A program made the position numbers and the translations under genes. Positions 33,307 through 42,484 of a stretch of DNA of 46,288 nt are shown piece by piece (the first letter of the stretch is position 1; every line of letters starts with the position of its first letter). The stretch is from Hyphomonadaceae bacterium. Lineage in GTDB: Bacteria > Pseudomonadota > Alphaproteobacteria > Caulobacterales > Hyphomonadaceae. Where the stretch lies: positions 1 through 46,288 of the forward strand of contig JAIXVM010000261.1 of assembly GCA_027482995.1 (NCBI GenBank), written 5' to 3'. The notes under the pieces were generated by a model. The model was not told the DNA's origin. It searched no databases and saw only the letters and a list, made by a program, of their open reading frames with translations.

Positions 33307-34518
33307 ATGACCAACGCCCCTTACACACCGGACCTGCGCGCGCCGGAGCCGCGCGGCCTGTGCACCGATTGCGGTGTCTCGCGGATGGCGGACTCGAAAG
33401 CCTGCGGGCGTGCCTGCCAGTTCATCCAGCCGGACTATCCAGCACAGGAACTTCGCCTGCATGGCCGGACGCGCGATGATCAGACGGCGGACGAAACCCA
33501 TTTCGGCGTGTTCCGCCGGATGATCCGCGCCCGGCTGTCGCCCGCGAAGACCGGCGCGCAATGGACCGGGATTGCCACCACGCTGGGCGAGCGCCTGCTG
33601 GCGACCGGCAAGGTCGACGCGGTGCTGGCGGTTGCGCCGGATCCGGAGGACCGCTGGAAGCCGAAGCCGGTGATCGTGACCCGGGCCGAGGATATGGCCC
33701 AGTGCCGCGGCATGCGGATGGGCTACTCGCCGCTCATCGCCCTGATGGAAGAGGTTGCCGCGCGCGGTTTCAAGAAGGTCGCGCTGATCGGCATTCCCTG
33801 CCAGGTGTATGCGCTGCGCGCACTGGAAGCCGAGTATGGCCTCGAGACGCTCTACGTCATTGGCACCCCCTGCTCCGACAATACGACCACGGAAAATTTC
33901 CACGATTTCCTGAAGCTGCTCGATCCAGCGCCGGGGACGATTTCGTATCTCGAGTTCCGCGCGGACTTCCGGGTTGAGCTGCGCTTTGATGATGGCCGCC
34001 AGCGGCTGATCCCGTTCCTGTCCCTGCCCATCTCCAAATTGCCGCGCGACTTCTTTCCGCTGACCTGCCGGACCTGCGTGGACTATACGAATGCCCTCAG
34101 TGACCTGACGGTCGGCTATATGGGCGGCGAAGGCGAGCAATGGCTGATCGTGCGCAATGAGCGCGGCGAGGAGCTTGTCAGCCTTCTCGGCGACGCCCTG
34201 ATAACGTCCGGGCCCGGATCGAAGGGCAAACGCGCACCGCATGTCGCCGCCTTCATCAAGAACGTCGAGCTCGCGGCGGGCGGCCTGCCGCTGCGGTCGA
34301 TGCCAAATTGGGTGCGTCCCCTGGTCTCCTTCCTGCAGCCGCGGATCGGGCCGAAAGGTCTTGAGTTTGCGCGCACACGGCTCGAGATGAAGGCTGCGGA
34401 AACCGTGATCCACTTGCGCCGCGAAGAGCCCGCGAAACTCAAGAACATGGTGCCCGCGCATGTCTGGAAACTGCTGGCGCCCTATGGAATTGTGCCGCAG
34501 GATTCGGAACGGAAATAG
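33307..34518 (+). CDS. bciB: ferredoxin-dependent 8-vinyl (proto)chlorophyllide reductase, F420-hydrogenase beta-like family
   Basis: CTDCG...CGRACQF, GAQWTGI, IGIPCQV, GTPCSDN, CRTCVDYTN..SDLTVGYMG, GPKGLEFAR; photosynthesis genes nearby. Confidence 0.88.
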   Translation: MTNAPYTPDLRAPEPRGLCTDCGVSRMADSKACGRACQFIQPDYPAQELRLHGRTRDDQTADETHFGVFRRMIRARLSPAKTGAQWTGIATTLGERLLATGKVDAVLAVAPDPEDRWKPKPVIVTRAEDMAQCRGMRMGYSPLIALMEEVAARGFKKVALIGIPCQVYALRALEAEYGLETLYVIGTPCSDNTTTENFHDFLKLLDPAPGTISYLEFRADFRVELRFDDGRQRLIPFLSLPISKLPRDFFPLTCRTCVDYTNALSDLTVGYMGGEGEQWLIVRNERGEELVSLLGDALITSGPGSKGKRAPHVAAFIKNVELAAGGLPLRSMPNWVRPLVSFLQPRIGPKGLEFARTRLEMKAAETVIHLRREEPAKLKNMVPAHVWKLLAPYGIVPQDSERK

Positions 34519-34521
34519 ATC

Positions 34522-35127
34522 ATGTCCCAACGCTCGGCCGGCCCCGAACTCCTTCGCCTGATTGACCTGATTGCCAAGCTGCCCGGCCTCGGCCCGCGCT
34601 CGGCGCGGCGCGTGGCGCTGCACCTCCTGAAGCGCAACGAGCAGCTGCTGAAGCCCCTGGCCGAGGCGATGGCGGAGGCGGGCGCGAAAATCCAGAAATG
34701 CGAGACCTGCGGCAACTATGACACCGTGCAGCCTTGCGCGGTGTGCCAGTTGCCGGGGCGCGATGACACGCTGATCTGCGTTGTCGAGGATGTGCCGGAC
34801 CTCTGGGCCCTGGAGCGAGGCGGCGCGTATCGCGGGCGCTATCATGTGCTCGGCGGCGTGCTGTCGGCGATTGACGGGATCGGGCCGTCCGATCTGGGGA
34901 TCGCCGCGCTGGTGCGCCGGATCGAGGCGGGCGGTGTGCGCGAAGTGATCCTTGGACTGAATGCCACGGTCGATGGCCAGACGACGGCGCACTACATCGC
35001 CGATCAGCTGGCGGGCAAAGGCGTGGACGTGACGCGGCTGGCACACGGGATGCCGGTGGGCGGGGAGCTCGATCATCTGGATGACGGGACCTTGGCGGCG
35101 GCGCTGAGATCGCGGCGCGAGGTTTGA
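34522..35127 (+). CDS. recR: recombination mediator RecR
   Basis: [10 protein letters not shown]4 zinc finger, ICVVE, YHVLGG, GQTTA, PVGGEL. Confidence 0.97.
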   Translation: MSQRSAGPELLRLIDLIAKLPGLGPRSARRVALHLLKRNEQLLKPLAEAMAEAGAKIQKCETCGNYDTVQPCAVCQLPGRDDTLICVVEDVPDLWALERGGAYRGRYHVLGGVLSAIDGIGPSDLGIAALVRRIEAGGVREVILGLNATVDGQTTAHYIADQLAGKGVDVTRLAHGMPVGGELDHLDDGTLAAALRSRREV

Positions 35128-35191
35128 GGCTGCACGGGCGGCCGCAGCGGCGGGGCCGTGCGGTTTCAGTCTCTATGTGTCGCTGATTACT

Positions 35192-35219
35192 CCCCTCTCT
35201 CCCTTCAGGGGGAGAGGGG
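35192..35219. repeat. CCCTCTC...GAGAGGG palindromic repeat (CIR/REP-like)
   Basis: CCCCTCTCTCCCTTCAGGGGGAGAGGGG hairpin; related copy at 40411-40435. Confidence 0.6.
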
Positions 35220-35227
35220 CTTGGAGG

Positions 35228-35605
35228 TCAGGATGTGTCGAGATGTGACGCATCCAAAAAGACGTGTACGGATTGCCTTTCGACCACAGGTTCGAGTGCC
35301 GGCGGATCGGCGACGGGTTCATCCATCAACGCGCACGCGAGGCGCGGCGAGGTGATCGCGAGGGTGAAATCGAACTTGGTGGGCTGGAGTGTGCCGTTCG
35401 CGGAGTAGCTCCAGGTGAAGTCGATGGGCATGTGCTTGAGGGAGACGATTCCCCAGCGGCTGATTTCGTACCAGTAGGGCACGCCGGGGCCGTAGTGTTT
35501 TCGGACCCAGGCTTTGAGGGCGATCAGTTGCACATAGATCAGCGGCCAGATGAGGCGCAGGAAGCCGGTCATGCCGGCAGGGGGCTGATGCAGCGTGTAG
35601 GTCAT
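35228..35605 (-). CDS. hypothetical protein (125 aa)
   Basis: Protein-like, Trp/Tyr-rich composition and GC3-biased codons; start uncertain (35605 or 35617). Confidence 0.65.
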   Translation of the reverse strand: MTYTLHQPPAGMTGFLRLIWPLIYVQLIALKAWVRKHYGPGVPYWYEISRWGIVSLKHMPIDFTWSYSANGTLQPTKFDFTLAITSPRLACALMDEPVADPPALEPVVERQSVHVFLDASHLDTS

Positions 35606-35670
35606 CGCCGCACACAATAACCCCGTGGGATATGCGGCCGGATTCGCGGGGACAAAGTTTTTTCAGTTAT

Positions 35671-35751
35671 CTGTCATCCCGGCGGAAGCCGGGACCCAGA
35701 AACTTTGCGAATACAAGGAAGTCTGGGCCCCGGCTTTCGCCGGGGTGACAG
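35671..35751. repeat. paired palindromic intergenic repeat (GTCATCCCGGC..GCCGGGACCCAG type)
   Basis: CTGTCATCCCGGCGGAAGCCGGGACCCAGA and the inverted copy TCTGGGCCCCGGCTTTCGCCGGGGTGACAG form a cruciform. Confidence 0.8.
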
Positions 35752-36099
35752 GAAAAAATGACTCGCGAAGAAAGAGAGGGCTCGATTTCGTAGGCACAAG
35801 CCGGAACTTGTGCGCCAAATCGCGCCTGCATTGATGCCGGGACGGGCAGACCTGCCCGAATGGCGGGCATCTCGCGCGTCAAGCGATATATTCAACACGG
35901 GATGAAACTTGCAGGGTTGATTTGCTGCGTCTGCGAGGTAATTGTTGCGATGCAACATGGAACCTTGGCCGCGTCGGGATGGCCACAGCGCCTAGGGGGC
36001 GTTGTCCCGGAAGACGGCAAGTTTGGCGGTACCCCGTGTTGCGGGAGGAGTTTCCAGCCGGGCCCTCAGGTCCGGCGCTAACTCTGAAGGACTGTACTC

Positions 36100-36444
36100 A
36101 TGTTCAAACTGACCGCTTCGGCTCTCGTAGCCGCCCTCATCCTTGCGCCGGCCGCTCTGGCCGACGACGTCAAGCAAGTGACCCTGACCCATCAGTATGA
36201 CGCGGCTCTTCTGTCCACGGACGAAGGCGCCAGCGTAATTCTCGGCGACCTCGAGCAGGCCACCGAGCGCCTGTGCACCTCGCGCATTCCCGCTTATGGC
36301 GGCATGTACACAGACAAGGCGTGCGCCGAGGGCCTGATGGCCAGCGCCGTCAAGGAAATCTACGCCGCGCAGACCGAGGCCGGCGTGCGGATCGCCCCGG
36401 CCTTCGAGCGGGTGGCCCTGACGCAGCTCGCCTCGGCTGAGTAG
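36100..36444 (+). CDS. UrcA-family secreted protein
   Basis: Signal peptide; LLSTDEGA...LEQATERLC...C two-Cys pattern. Confidence 0.7.
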   Translation: MFKLTASALVAALILAPAALADDVKQVTLTHQYDAALLSTDEGASVILGDLEQATERLCTSRIPAYGGMYTDKACAEGLMASAVKEIYAAQTEAGVRIAPAFERVALTQLASAE

Positions 36445-36502
36445 GCCGCCCTTTCCTCCCGGAACAGCGCCTGGCCACGTTTCCTCCCGGTCATCGGCGC
36501 TG

Positions 36503-36534
36503 GAGGGGCCATCCCCGGCCAGGGATGGCCCCTC
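36503..36534. other. 13-bp perfect hairpin downstream of the UrcA-family gene
   Basis: GAGGGGCCATCCC-N6-GGGATGGCCCCTC. Confidence 0.55.
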
Positions 36535-36550
36535 ACTTCGGATCAACTGC

Positions 36551-36583
36551 AAAAGAAAACCCGCGCAGCGCGCGCGGGTTTTT
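36551..36583. terminator. bidirectional intrinsic terminator
   Basis: AAAACCCGCGC-N5-GCGCGGGTTTT with A and T tracts, between the convergent UrcA-family gene and typA. Confidence 0.8.
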
Positions 36584-36612
36584 CGATTTCGGGATGAGCG
36601 TCCCGAGAGAGA

Positions 36613-36634
36613 GGCGGGATAAATCCCGCCCTAC
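36613..36634 (-). repeat. GTAG-type REP-like sequence overlapping the typA stop
   Basis: Minus strand GTAGGGCGGGATTTATCCCGCC: GTAG foot followed by a palindrome. Confidence 0.55.
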
Positions 36635-38463
36635 GCGTCGGCGCTGGTCTTTGACTGGCGCTTGCGGACGTTCGGGTCGAGGTGGACTTTCCGCAGGCGG
36701 ATGGATTTGGGGGTGACTTCGACGAGTTCGTCGTCCGCGATATAGGCGAGGGATTTTTCCAGCGTCATCTGCAGGGGCGTGGTCAGGCGGACGGCTTCGT
36801 CCGTGCCCGAGGCGCGCATGTTGGTGAGCTTCTTGCCCTTGAGGACGTTCACTTCGAGGTCGTTGTCGCGGTTGTGCTCACCGACGATCATGCCACCATA
36901 AACCTTCGTACCCGGATGGATCATCATCGGGCCCCGGTCTTCGAGATTCCAGAGCGCGAAGGCCACCGCCTCGCCCTGCTCCATCGCGATCAGAACGCCG
37001 GTATGGCGGCCCTGGATCTTGCCCTTGTGGGGCGCGTATTCATAGAAGATGCGGTTCATGATCGCGGTGCCGCGCGTGTCGGAGAGCAGCTCGCCCTGAT
37101 AGCCGATCAGGCCGCGCGTCGGCGCGTGGAAGAGAAGGCGCGTGCGGCCAACGCCCGAGGGGCGCATGTCGAGCATCTCGGCTTTGCGCTCGTTCATCTT
37201 CTGCACGACGATGCCGGAATGCTCGTCATCGACGTCGATGGTGACTTCCTCGATCGGCTCGAGCTTTTCGCCGGTCGGGCTGGTCTGCATCACGACCTGC
37301 GGGCGGGCGACGCCGAGTTCGTAGCCTTCGCGGCGCATGGTTTCGATCAGCACGGCAAGCTGGAGTTCGCCGCGGCCGGAGACGGTGAAGGCCTCGGCAT
37401 CGGTGGCGCGTTCGACTTTCAGGGCAACGTTGCCTTCGGCCTCTTTCTCGAGGCGGGCCCAGATCATCCGGCTCGTGACTTTCGTGCCTTCGGTGCCGGC
37501 GAGCGGCGAGTCGTTGACGCGGAAGGTCATCGAGATGGTCGGCGGGTCGATCGGGCGCGCTTCGAGCGGCACGGTGACGGACGGATCGCAGAACGTATCG
37601 GCGACGTTCGCCTTGGTCATGCCTGCGAGGGAGACGATGTCGCCCGCCTGGCCTTCTTCGACGGGCACGCGCTCAAGGCCGCGGAAGGCGAGCACTTTCG
37701 AGACGCGCCCCTGCTCGACCAGCTGGCCATCACGCGAGAGGACCTTGATCGACTGGTTCGGCTTGACGGTGCCGGACAGGATGCGGCCCGTCAGGATGCG
37801 GCCGAGGAAGGGGTCTGCCGAAATCGTGGTGGCGAGGAAGCGGAACGGGCCTTCCTCGACGCGCGGCACCGGCACGTGATCGACGACGAGCTGGAAGAGT
37901 TCGTCCATGTTCGCCGTCGGCGTCTCGTATTGCTTGGACATCCAGCCATTCTTGGCCGAGCCGTAGAGGATCGGGAAATCGAGCTGCTCGTCGGTGGCGT
38001 CGAGGTTGGCGAAGAGGTCGAAACACTCGTTGACGACTTCGTCGGGACGGCGCTCCGGCTTGTCGATCTTGTTGACGGCCACGATCGGCTTCAGGCCGCA
38101 TTTCAGGGCCTTGGAGACCACGAACTTGGTTTGCGGCATCGGGCCTTCGGAGGAGTCCACGAGCACGATGGCGCCGTCCACCATGTCGAGGATACGCTCG
38201 ACTTCGCCGCCGAAGTCGGCGTGGCCGGGCGTGTCCACGATATTGATCCGGTAGCCGTTCCATTCGACCGACGTGGTCTTGGCGAGGATGGTGATGCCGC
38301 GCTCGCGCTCGAGATCGTTGGAGTCCATCATCCGCTCAGCAGTCTTCTCGTTCTGGCGGAAGGTGCCCGACTGTTTGAGAAGCTCGTCCACGAGCGTGGT
38401 CTTGCCGTGGTCAACGTGCGCGATGATGGCGATATTGCGCATCTTTTCGATGGGAGTCGTCAT
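36631..38463 (-). CDS. typA: translational GTPase TypA/BipA
   Basis: AHVDHGKTT, ERGITI, DTPGH, NKID, GRGELQL, EVTPKSIRLRK. Confidence 0.99.
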   Translation of the reverse strand: MTTPIEKMRNIAIIAHVDHGKTTLVDELLKQSGTFRQNEKTAERMMDSNDLERERGITILAKTTSVEWNGYRINIVDTPGHADFGGEVERILDMVDGAIVLVDSSEGPMPQTKFVVSKALKCGLKPIVAVNKIDKPERRPDEVVNECFDLFANLDATDEQLDFPILYGSAKNGWMSKQYETPTANMDELFQLVVDHVPVPRVEEGPFRFLATTISADPFLGRILTGRILSGTVKPNQSIKVLSRDGQLVEQGRVSKVLAFRGLERVPVEEGQAGDIVSLAGMTKANVADTFCDPSVTVPLEARPIDPPTISMTFRVNDSPLAGTEGTKVTSRMIWARLEKEAEGNVALKVERATDAEAFTVSGRGELQLAVLIETMRREGYELGVARPQVVMQTSPTGEKLEPIEEVTIDVDDEHSGIVVQKMNERKAEMLDMRPSGVGRTRLLFHAPTRGLIGYQGELLSDTRGTAIMNRIFYEYAPHKGKIQGRHTGVLIAMEQGEAVAFALWNLEDRGPMMIHPGTKVYGGMIVGEHNRDNDLEVNVLKGKKLTNMRASGTDEAVRLTTPLQMTLEKSLAYIADDELVEVTPKSIRLRKVHLDPNVRKRQSKTSADA

Positions 38464-38621
38464 GAAGAAGGCTTTCCGGCGGGCGGCGTTCGGGAGGAGA
38501 ACGGGTGGATTTTCCGCGCACGTAGCAGAGGCCGGGTGATTTGGCCATGCCGATGCGGCAGGCTTCTTCGCAGGTGCGATATGCTTGACGGACGGCGCGG
38601 CCCCGGCCAGCTAAGGACGGC

Positions 38622-39386
38622 ATGCATCCACCCTATGTCACCGCCCCTTCCCTGACCGGACTTTCCGGGCTTTCCCATGGTTTTTTCGGGCGCCGGGGCG
38701 GGGTCTCCGCGGGCGACTATGACAGCCTGAATTCGGGGGAAGGATCCGCCGACCTGCCCCGGAATATCGCCGAAAACCGGGCCCGGATCTCCGGCACGGT
38801 GGGCGCGCGGTGGCTGCTTTCCTGTTACCAGGTGCATTCGCCGGACGTGGTGCGCGTGACCTCGCCCTGGGATGAGCGGCCGAAAGCGGACGCGATGGTG
38901 ACGGACCGGCCGGGCTTCGGGCTCTGCGTCCTGTCGGCGGACTGTACACCGGTCCTGTTTGCGGACCCAGATGCGGGCGTGATCGGCGCGGCCCATGCGG
39001 GCTGGAAGGGCGCGCTGGCCGGCGTGCTGCTGCGCACGGTGGAGGCGATGGAGGCGCTGGGCGCGCAGCGCAGCCGCATCCGGGCGGCCATCGGACCCAC
39101 GATCCAGCAGGCGAGCTATGAGGTCGGCCCGGAATTCCGGGAGGCCTTCCTCGCCGCGCATGCCAGCAGCGCGGACCTGTTCATTCCCGGCCAGGGCGAC
39201 CGGCTGCACTTTGATCTGCCGGGCTTCTGCGCGCGCCAGCTTGCGGGCGCGGGGCTCGCATACGTGGACAATCTCGGCCACGACACCTGCGCGCAGGAAG
39301 AGATCTACTTCTCGAACCGCCGCCGCAACCTGCGCGGCGAGGCCGATTATGGCCGCAATGCTTCGGTGATCGTAATTCCTGAGTGA
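38622..39386 (+). CDS. pgeF: PgeF/YfiH-family peptidoglycan editing factor / purine nucleoside phosphorylase
   Basis: HGFFGR.GG, QVHS, ADC.PVL, AHAGWKG, IGP.I, YFS.RR. Confidence 0.94.
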   Translation: MHPPYVTAPSLTGLSGLSHGFFGRRGGVSAGDYDSLNSGEGSADLPRNIAENRARISGTVGARWLLSCYQVHSPDVVRVTSPWDERPKADAMVTDRPGFGLCVLSADCTPVLFADPDAGVIGAAHAGWKGALAGVLLRTVEAMEALGAQRSRIRAAIGPTIQQASYEVGPEFREAFLAAHASSADLFIPGQGDRLHFDLPGFCARQLAGAGLAYVDNLGHDTCAQEEIYFSNRRRNLRGEADYGRNASVIVIPE

Positions 39387-39466
39387 ATCCAGTTTTCCGT
39401 GGCTTGCGACTCGCGGGCGCCTGTTACAAAAGCGTCGCGGACAGGCCAGAAGGTGAGCGACGCGTC

Positions 39467-40402
39467 ATGAAGCTGATTTCCTGCAACGCGAACCGGCCGC
39501 TTTCGGAAGCCATTGCCGATTACCTCGACATGCGGCTGACCCGCTCGGAGGTGAAAACCTTCGCGGACCAGGAAATCTTCGTGCGCATCGACGAGAACGT
39601 GCGCGGCGAAGATGTGTTCGTCATCCAGTCCACTTCCTACCCCGCCAATGACAACCTGATGCAGCTGCTGATCATGATGGACGCGCTGCGGCGCGCTTCG
39701 GCGCGGCGCATCACGGCGGTGATCCCCTATTTCGGCTACGCGCGGCAGGACCGGAAAACCGAGGGTCGCACGCCGATCTCCGCCAAGCTGGTTGCGAACC
39801 TTATTTCCGCCTCCGGCGCTGACCGCGTGCTGACCGTCGACCTGCACGCCGGACAGATCCAGGGCTTCTTCGATATACCGACCGACAACCTGTTCGGCGG
39901 CCCGGTGATGATCGACGATATCAAGGAACGCTACGGCAAGGACAAGGTCGTGATGGTGTCGCCGGATGTCGGCGGCGTGGTGCGCGCGCGGGCGCTGGCC
40001 AACAAGCTGAACGCGGACCTCGCGATCGTAGACAAGCGGCGGCCTGAAGCGGGCAAGTCCGAAGTGATGAACATCATCGGCGAAGTGAAGGGTGCGCGCT
40101 GCATCATGCTGGATGATATCTGCGACTCGGGCGGCACGCTGGCGAACGCGGCCGCGGCGCTGAAGGGGCAAGGCGCGGTGTCGGTGTCGGCCTATGTGAC
40201 CCACGGCGTCCTGTCCGGCAACGCCGTGCAGCGCATCGAGAAGTCGGTTCTGGACGAACTGGTGATGACGGACACGATCCAACCATCGGCGGATGCGATC
40301 AAATCGAAGAAGATCCGTGTGCTGCCGATGTCGCCGCTGCTCGGCGAGGCGATCCGGCGGATTGCCAACGAAGAGAGCGTGTCGAAACTGTTCGACCGGT
40401 AA
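39467..40402 (+). CDS. prs: ribose-phosphate pyrophosphokinase
   Basis: [37 protein letters not shown]; start moved to MKLIS. Confidence 0.98.
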   Translation: MKLISCNANRPLSEAIADYLDMRLTRSEVKTFADQEIFVRIDENVRGEDVFVIQSTSYPANDNLMQLLIMMDALRRASARRITAVIPYFGYARQDRKTEGRTPISAKLVANLISASGADRVLTVDLHAGQIQGFFDIPTDNLFGGPVMIDDIKERYGKDKVVMVSPDVGGVVRARALANKLNADLAIVDKRRPEAGKSEVMNIIGEVKGARCIMLDDICDSGGTLANAAAALKGQGAVSVSAYVTHGVLSGNAVQRIEKSVLDELVMTDTIQPSADAIKSKKIRVLPMSPLLGEAIRRIANEESVSKLFDR

Positions 40403-40410
40403 GCCTCAAG

Positions 40411-40435
40411 CCCTCTCCCGCGAGGCGGGAGAGGG
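40411..40435. repeat. CCCTCTCCC...GGGAGAGGG hairpin at the prs/hemA junction
   Basis: CCCTCTCCCGC-GAG-GCGGGAGAGGG between convergent genes; may also act as a terminator. Confidence 0.65.
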
Positions 40436-40444
40436 GTTAGACGG

Positions 40445-41659
40445 CTATGCCACTGCCCGTGCGAGGGCGCAGTGTGACCAGAGTTCTGACAGGGCGGTGA
40501 CGAGGTCTTCGATGTCCTGGTCGGTATGCACCGGCGACGGCGTGATGCGCAGGCGCTCGGTACCTTTCGGAACGGTCGGATAGTTGATCGGCTGGACGTA
40601 GATGCCGTTGCGCTCCATCAGCCAGTCCGAGATCATCTTGCACTTGACCGGATCGCCGACCATCACCGGCACGATGTGGCTCGGGTTTTCCATGGCCGGG
40701 ATGCCGATCTCGCGCAGGCGGATGCGGACTTTCTCGACGCGGTCGCGCTGGCGCATCCGCTCCCAGTTCGACACCTTGAGATGCTGGATCGAAGCGCGGG
40801 CGCCGGCCGCGATGTGCGGTGGCAGCGCGGTGGTGAAGATGAAGCCCGAGGCGAAGCTGCGGACAAAATCGACGAGCGCCTTCGAGGCCGCGATATAGCC
40901 GCCGACGACGCCGAAGGCCTTGCCGAGCGTGCCTTCGATGACCGTCAGGCGGTCCATCAGGCCTTCGCGTTCGGCGATGCCGCCGCCATGTTCACCGTAG
41001 AGGCCGACGGCGTGGACTTCATCGAGATAGGTCATCGCGCCATACTCATCCGCGATGTCGCAGAATTCCTTGATCGGGGCGATGTCACCGTCCATCGAGT
41101 AGACGGATTCAAACGCGATCAGTTTCGGTGCGGCGGGGTCGAGCGCGGCGATCTTGCGGCGCAGATCCTCCGGGTCATTGTGGCGGAAGACGACGCATTT
41201 GGCGCGGCTGTGGCGGATGCCTTCGATCATCGAGGCATGGTTCAACGCGTCCGACAGGATGATCAGTCCCGGGATCTTTGCGCCGAGCGTGCCGAGGCCG
41301 GCCCAGTTGGACACGTAGCCCGAGGTGAAGAGCAGCGCGGCTTCCTTGTTGTGAAGGCTCGCCAGTTCCTGCTCGAGCAGCACGTGATGGTGGTTCGTGC
41401 CGGAGATGTTCCGTGTACCGCCGGCCCCTGCCCCGCAGGAATCCAGCACATCATGCATGGCCGCGAGCACTTTCGGGTGCTGGCCCATGCCGAGATAGTC
41501 GTTCGAGCACCAGACCTTGACCTCCTTGACGCCGGACGGGCCATGGAACGCCGCCTTGGGGAAGGCCCCCTTCTCGCGCTCGATATCGGCGAAGACACGG
41601 TAGTTGCCTTCTTCCTTGAGTTTCGTCAGCTCGTTCTCGAAGTAAGCTTCGAAGTTCAT
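40445..41659 (-). CDS. hemA: 5-aminolevulinate synthase
   Basis: [41 protein letters not shown] (PLP Lys), GFIFTT. Confidence 0.98.
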   Translation of the reverse strand: MNFEAYFENELTKLKEEGNYRVFADIEREKGAFPKAAFHGPSGVKEVKVWCSNDYLGMGQHPKVLAAMHDVLDSCGAGAGGTRNISGTNHHHVLLEQELASLHNKEAALLFTSGYVSNWAGLGTLGAKIPGLIILSDALNHASMIEGIRHSRAKCVVFRHNDPEDLRRKIAALDPAAPKLIAFESVYSMDGDIAPIKEFCDIADEYGAMTYLDEVHAVGLYGEHGGGIAEREGLMDRLTVIEGTLGKAFGVVGGYIAASKALVDFVRSFASGFIFTTALPPHIAAGARASIQHLKVSNWERMRQRDRVEKVRIRLREIGIPAMENPSHIVPVMVGDPVKCKMISDWLMERNGIYVQPINYPTVPKGTERLRITPSPVHTDQDIEDLVTALSELWSHCALARAVA

Positions 41660-41662
41660 GGG

Positions 41663-42463
41663 TCAGGCCCTCCAGTCTGATTTTTGTTTTGCAGAAGTTT
41701 CGATCGGGGCGGGCTTCATGGCCCAGCCCCAGAGTGATGGATCGCGCACCGGCAGGATGAGCACCCAGTGCTCGATGACGGCGAGGATGGCGAGTGCGGT
41801 CAGCAGCAGGAAGCCGGCCGAGGCGTGGCTTCCGGCGGGATGGCCGAAGGCGGTGATCGCGAGCAGCACCGAGACGGTAGTGATGGTGACGAGCGCGGCG
41901 GCGAAGACGCTGCCAGGCGCGCGGCGCGAGAAGTAGGTTTTGAGATAGTCGAGGTGGCGCGGCATGAACTGGTCCACCAGGTTCGGCGCGCCGGTGAAGA
42001 CGACCAGCTTGGCGCTAACGCGCATGCCCCAGAGGATGAGGAAGGTCCATTGCGCGAACTGGTTGGCGGCGCCCCAGCTGAGCCAGACGATGATGCCGGC
42101 ATGGGCGATGATCGCCAGTTCATGATGCAGCACAGCGGCGAGGCCGGCGCGGAAGCGGGCAACGCCCTTCAGACCCTCCGGGCACGGATGGCGCGCCGGC
42201 CCGGTGATGAACCCGGTCAGGAACATCACTTCATGCCAGGCCCAGAGCGCGAGACCGGCCGCGAAACCGGCATAGGCACCGGTGACACTGGTATCGGAGC
42301 GCAGCGCGACGAGCAGGAAGGTTGCGCCCGCGAGGATCGCCGTTGCGCCGAGCGCAGTCCAGCGATGCGTCGCGCGCGGCAGGCCGATGAGCCAGAAGAT
42401 CGCCCCCGTGCTCAGCCACCAGGCGAGCGCAGCAAAAACAATGGGGGGCAGGTAGTCGGCCAT
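41663..42463 (-). CDS. puhE: photosynthetic complex assembly protein PuhE
   Basis: WWLSTG, WAWHE..FLTG.ITGP, HHEL, SAKL, IEHW; lies between acsF and hemA. Confidence 0.9.
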   Translation of the reverse strand: MADYLPPIVFAALAWWLSTGAIFWLIGLPRATHRWTALGATAILAGATFLLVALRSDTSVTGAYAGFAAGLALWAWHEVMFLTGFITGPARHPCPEGLKGVARFRAGLAAVLHHELAIIAHAGIIVWLSWGAANQFAQWTFLILWGMRVSAKLVVFTGAPNLVDQFMPRHLDYLKTYFSRRAPGSVFAAALVTITTVSVLLAITAFGHPAGSHASAGFLLLTALAILAVIEHWVLILPVRDPSLWGWAMKPAPIETSAKQKSDWRA

Positions 42464-42484
42464 CGTGCGGGTTTCGGTCCTAGC

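Noticed and set aside
33274-35076. 600-aa minus-strand ORF
   Set aside because: Antisense shadow of bciB and recR
35943-35957. PpsR box
   Set aside because: The spacing is TGT-N9-ACA, not TGT-N12-ACA
36682-38655. 657-aa plus-strand ORF
   Set aside because: Antisense shadow of typA
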